This document shows, piece after piece, positions 60,363 through 64,000 of a DNA stretch of 64,000 nucleotides (position 1 is its first letter; each line of letters opens with the position of its first letter). Below the pieces are notes generated by a model. The model did not search any database and had not been told where the DNA came from. It worked only from the letters and a program-made list of their open reading frames with translations. Source of the DNA: Macrostomum lignano (lineage: Eukaryota); NCBI GenBank assembly GCA_002269645.1, contig NIVC01002524.1, forward strand, positions 62,001-126,000. Reading direction: 5' to 3'. The position numbers and the translations under genes are program-made.

Positions 60363-62980
60363 CTAGGGCTCGGTCTCGCTCAGATCAGCAGCATGGCGCC
60401 ACCAAACTGTGTTGACAAACTGTGTTCGATCTGCAGTGGAAGATTGATAGCAGCACGCACTCCTATTCTAATCTTATACTGTATCGCACTGACTTCCACT
60501 CGCTCTCTTGGCAATTAGGTAACTTTCGGCACCTTTCGGTTTTGGCTTTCGGGAGCGCTAATCTAATTTCCGAACAAGGAACACTAGTAGAGCATGTTTC
60601 TGCTTGCCGAATTGTTCGGGTAAAGGCACGAGAGATTTTGTATTTCTGCTTTGCCGTTAGTTTTTAGCAAACATAATCCAGAAATAAGAGCTATCTATTG
60701 ATAAAGTTACCTTTGCATTTGCTTGCAAATATTTCTTGCTTATTTTTTCGGTAACACAAATAAAGGGTACACACATGTAGAGCAGTGCAAGGGTAACTAG
60801 ATGTGTTCAAGGGTGTCTAGATGACTGCAATGGTGTCTAAATGAGTGCAAGAGTATCAGATGAGTGCGAGGGCATCTAGATGAGTGCAAGGGTATCTAGG
60901 TGAGTGCGAGGGTATCTAGATGAGTGCAAGGGTATCTAGGTGAGTGCGAGGGCATCTAGATGAGTGAAAGACTATCTGTAGATGAGTGAAAGAGTATCTA
61001 GATGAGTGAAAGAATATCTAGATAAGTGCAAGGGGATCTAGGTGAGTGCGAGGGTATCTAGATAAGTGCAAGGGGATCTAGGTGAGTGCGAGGGTATCTA
61101 GATGAGTGCAAGGGTATCTAGATGAGTGCAAGGGTGTCTAGATGAGTGCAAGGGTATCTAGATGAGTGAAAGAGTATCTAGATGAGTGAAAGAGTATCTA
61201 GATGAGTGAAAGAGTATCTAGATGAGTGAAAGAGTATCTAGATGAGTGCAAGGGTATCTAGATGAGTGAAAGAGTGTCTAGATGAGTGCAAGGGAATCTA
61301 GGTGAGTGCGAGGGTATCTAGATGAGTGCGAGGGTATCTAGATGAGTGCGAGGGTATCTAGATGACTGCAATGGTGTCTAAATGAGTGCAAGAGTATCAG
61401 ATGAGTGCGAGGGCATCTAGATGAGTGCAAGGGGATCTAGATGAGTGCAAGGGGATCTAGATGAGTGAAAGAGTATCTAGATGAGTGAAAGAATATCTAG
61501 ATAAGTGTAAGGGGATCTAGGTGAGTGCGAGGGTATCTAGATGAGTGCAAGGGTATCTAGATGAGTGCAAGGGTATCTAGGTGAGTGCGAGGGCATCTAG
61601 ATGAGTGAAAGACTATCTGTAGATGAGTGAGAGTATCTAGATGAGTGCGAGGGTATCTAGATGAGTGCGAGGGTATCTAGATGAGTGCGAGGGGATCTAG
61701 ATGAGTGAAAGAGTATCTAGATGAGTGAAAGAATATCTAGATAAGTGCAAGGGGATCTAGGTGAGTGCGAGGGTATCTAGATGAGTGCAAGGGTATCTAG
61801 ATGAGTGCAAGGGTATCTAGGTGAGTGCGAGGGCATCTAGATGAGTGAAAGACTATCTGTAGATGAGTGAGAGTATCTAGATGAGTGCGAGGGTATCTAG
61901 ATGAGTGCAAGGGGATCTAGATGAGTGAAAGAGTATCTAGATGGGTGAAAGAATATCTAGATAAGTGCAAGGGGATCTAGGTGAGTGCGAGGGTATCTAG
62001 ATGAGTGCAAGGGTATCTAGATGAGTGCAAGGGTATCTAGGTGAGTGCGAGGGCATCTAGATGAGTGAAAGACTATCTGTAGATGAGTGAGAGTATCTAG
62101 ATGAGTGCGAGGGTATCTAGATGAGTGCAAGGGGATCTAGATGAGTGAAAGAGTATCTAGATGAGTGAAAGAATATCTAGATAAGTGCAAGGGGATCTAG
62201 GTGAGTGCGAGGGTATCTAGATGAGTGCAAGGGTATCTAGATGAGTGCAAGGGTATCTAGATGAGTGCAAGGGTATCTAGATGAGTGCAAGGGTATCTAG
62301 ATGAGTGCAAGGGGATCTAGATGAGTGCAAGGGTATCTAGATGAATGCAAGGGTGTCTAGATGAGTTCAAGGGTGTCTAGATGAATGCAAGGGTGTCTAG
62401 ATGAGTGCAAGGGTATCTAGATGAGTGCAAGGGTATCTAGATGAGTGCAAGCAAGGGTATTATTAGTCGAGGCTTCTTTACCTTGAAACTTTGCGCCCTT
62501 CAGGGTAAACGCAATGCTGGAGTCCGTCCCACTTGGTTGAAGATGGCAAGCAAGATCCCATTTTGGAGTGACGTATGCTTAGGTTAGATCGATGGTTAGA
62601 ATGTCACAGTTGCTCAACTCGCCTATGAAGCCAATTCAGACAATTCAATTGATTAGCGGTCACTGGGATTGCAGATAAGCGGCATTGGATTTTCTGCTGT
62701 CACAAAAATATCAATCAGTCTCCACTGGAGATGAGGAAATATGGAAATTTTTAGTCAGGGTCACAAAATTTGCCTAGAAATTCATTAACGAAATTGATTT
62801 TTTTTCAACTTTATTTTATAGTTGGCATAAATTACAGTGGGTGAAGTTTTACCCGAAACAACCTCCGCGTGGCAATTAGCCAATTTGACTTAATCCAGTT
62901 AGAAATTTACGCTGAATGGATAGAGAGAGCTGCAGCTCTGCTAGAATCAGAGGCAGGGCGAAGCCGCAACCCCAGATCGG
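60363..62980 (-). CDS. 3' exons of an unidentified gene entering from beyond the window; complement(join(60363..60430,62482..62577,62911..62980))
   Basis: Three exons with GT-AG borders and matching phases (0/1, 1/1, 1/stop) give PIWGCGFALPLILAELQLSLSIQPYVTPKWDLACHLQPSGTDSSIAFTLKGAKFQDRTQFVNTVWWRHAADLSETEP*. No family recognised. Confidence 0.5.
60780..62460. repeat. 20-bp minisatellite (GATGAGTGCAAGGGTATCTA) with block duplications of 220-240 bp
   Basis: About 80 units; the marker variant GACTATCTGTA recurs periodically. Confidence 0.95.
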
Positions 62981-62995
62981 CTGGAAAAAGTGATG

Positions 62996-64000
62996 GCGCC
63001 CCTTGCAGTAGCTTTGGCGCATATGGAACTGACGACCGTTGCAGTAGCTTTGGCGCTTATGGAACTGCAACGACCGTTGCAGTAGCTTTGGCGCATATGG
63101 AACTGACGACCGTTGCAGTAGCTTTGGCGCTTATGGAACTGGCTCCCCTTGTAGTAGCTTTGGCGCATATGGAACTGGCGCCCCTTGCAGTAGCTTTGGC
63201 GCTTATGGAACTGGCGCCCCTTGCAGTAGCTTTGGCGCTTATGGAACTGACGACCGTTGCAGTAGCTTTGGCGCTTATGGAACTGACGACCGTTGCAGTA
63301 GCTTTGGCGCATATGGAACTGACGACCGTTGCAGTAGCTTTGGCGCATATGGAACTGACGACCGTTGCAGTAGCTTTGGCGCATATGGAACTGACGACCG
63401 TTGCAGTAGCTTTGGCGCTTATGGAACTGGCTCCCCTTGTAGTAGCTTTGGCGCATATGGAACTGGCGCCCCTTGCAGTAGCTTTGGCGCTTATGGAACT
63501 GGCGCCCCTTGCAGTAGCTTTGGCGCTTATGGAACTGGCTCCCCTTGTAGTAGCTTTGGCGCTTATGGAACTGGCGCCCCTTGCAGTAGCTTTGGCGCAT
63601 ATGGAACTGACGACCGTTGCAGTAGCTTTGGCGCATATGGAACTGACGACCGTTGCAGTAGCTTTGGCGCATATGGAACTGACGACCGTTGCAGTAGCTT
63701 TGGCGCATATGGAACTGACGACCGTTGCAGTAGCTTTGGCGCCTATTGAAAATGGCTCCCCTTGTAGTAGCTTTGGCGCATATGGAACTGGCTCCCCTTG
63801 CAGTAGCTTTGGCGCTTATGGAACTGGCGCCCCTTGCAGTAGCTTTGGCGCTTATGGAACTGGCTCCCCTTGTAGTAGCTTTGGCGCTTATGGAACTGGC
63901 GCCCCTTGCAGTAGCTTTGGCGCATATGGAACTGACGACCGTTGCAGTAGCTTTGGCGCTTATGGAACTGGCGCCCCTTGTAGTAGCTTTGGCGCATATG
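62996..64000. repeat. 36-bp minisatellite (GCAGTAGCTTTGGCGCATATGGAACTGACGACCGTT), runs off the window end
   Basis: About 28 units; abuts the minus-strand acceptor at 62981. Confidence 0.95.

Noticed and set aside
62947-63997. (QFHKRQSYCKGR)n ORFs
   Set aside because: A 36-bp array upstream of the acceptor at 62981, so intronic; broken by a stop at 63743.

Overview
This is a gene-dense eukaryotic (metazoan) genomic window, not a prokaryotic one. Exons are GC-rich, introns are GT-AG spliceosomal, and about 33 unrelated minisatellite or microsatellite arrays lie mostly inside introns, often right against splice sites. The style resembles the flatworm Macrostomum; this is inference only. Most long ORFs in the supplied track are read-throughs of these arrays. 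Genes supported, in order: a 6-exon SVOP-like MFS transporter; a mitoregulin (MTLN)-like microprotein; a divergent cullin-repeat-like exon; a single-pass membrane protein with a very large disordered tail; a 73-aa hydrophobic microprotein; a VMAC-like coiled-coil protein; two tandem RPS5 copies; V-ATPase subunit E; RPS26; two head-to-head intronless microsomal epoxide hydrolases; an intronless 1134-aa TRPM-like channel; and the 3' exons of an unidentified gene. There is also one 449-bp MITE with a 9-bp TSD. The most notable observations are: (1) the TRPM-type channel has ankyrin repeats where MHR1/2 (SLOG) normally sits; (2) the EPHX pair shares a 718-bp identical inverted tract that ends at the nucleophile motif, and one copy has His at a catalytic Tyr; (3) an invertebrate mitoregulin-like ORF; (4) RPS5 twins with near-identical exons but unrelated intron arrays. 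All homology calls come from recalled sequence motifs, not from database searches.
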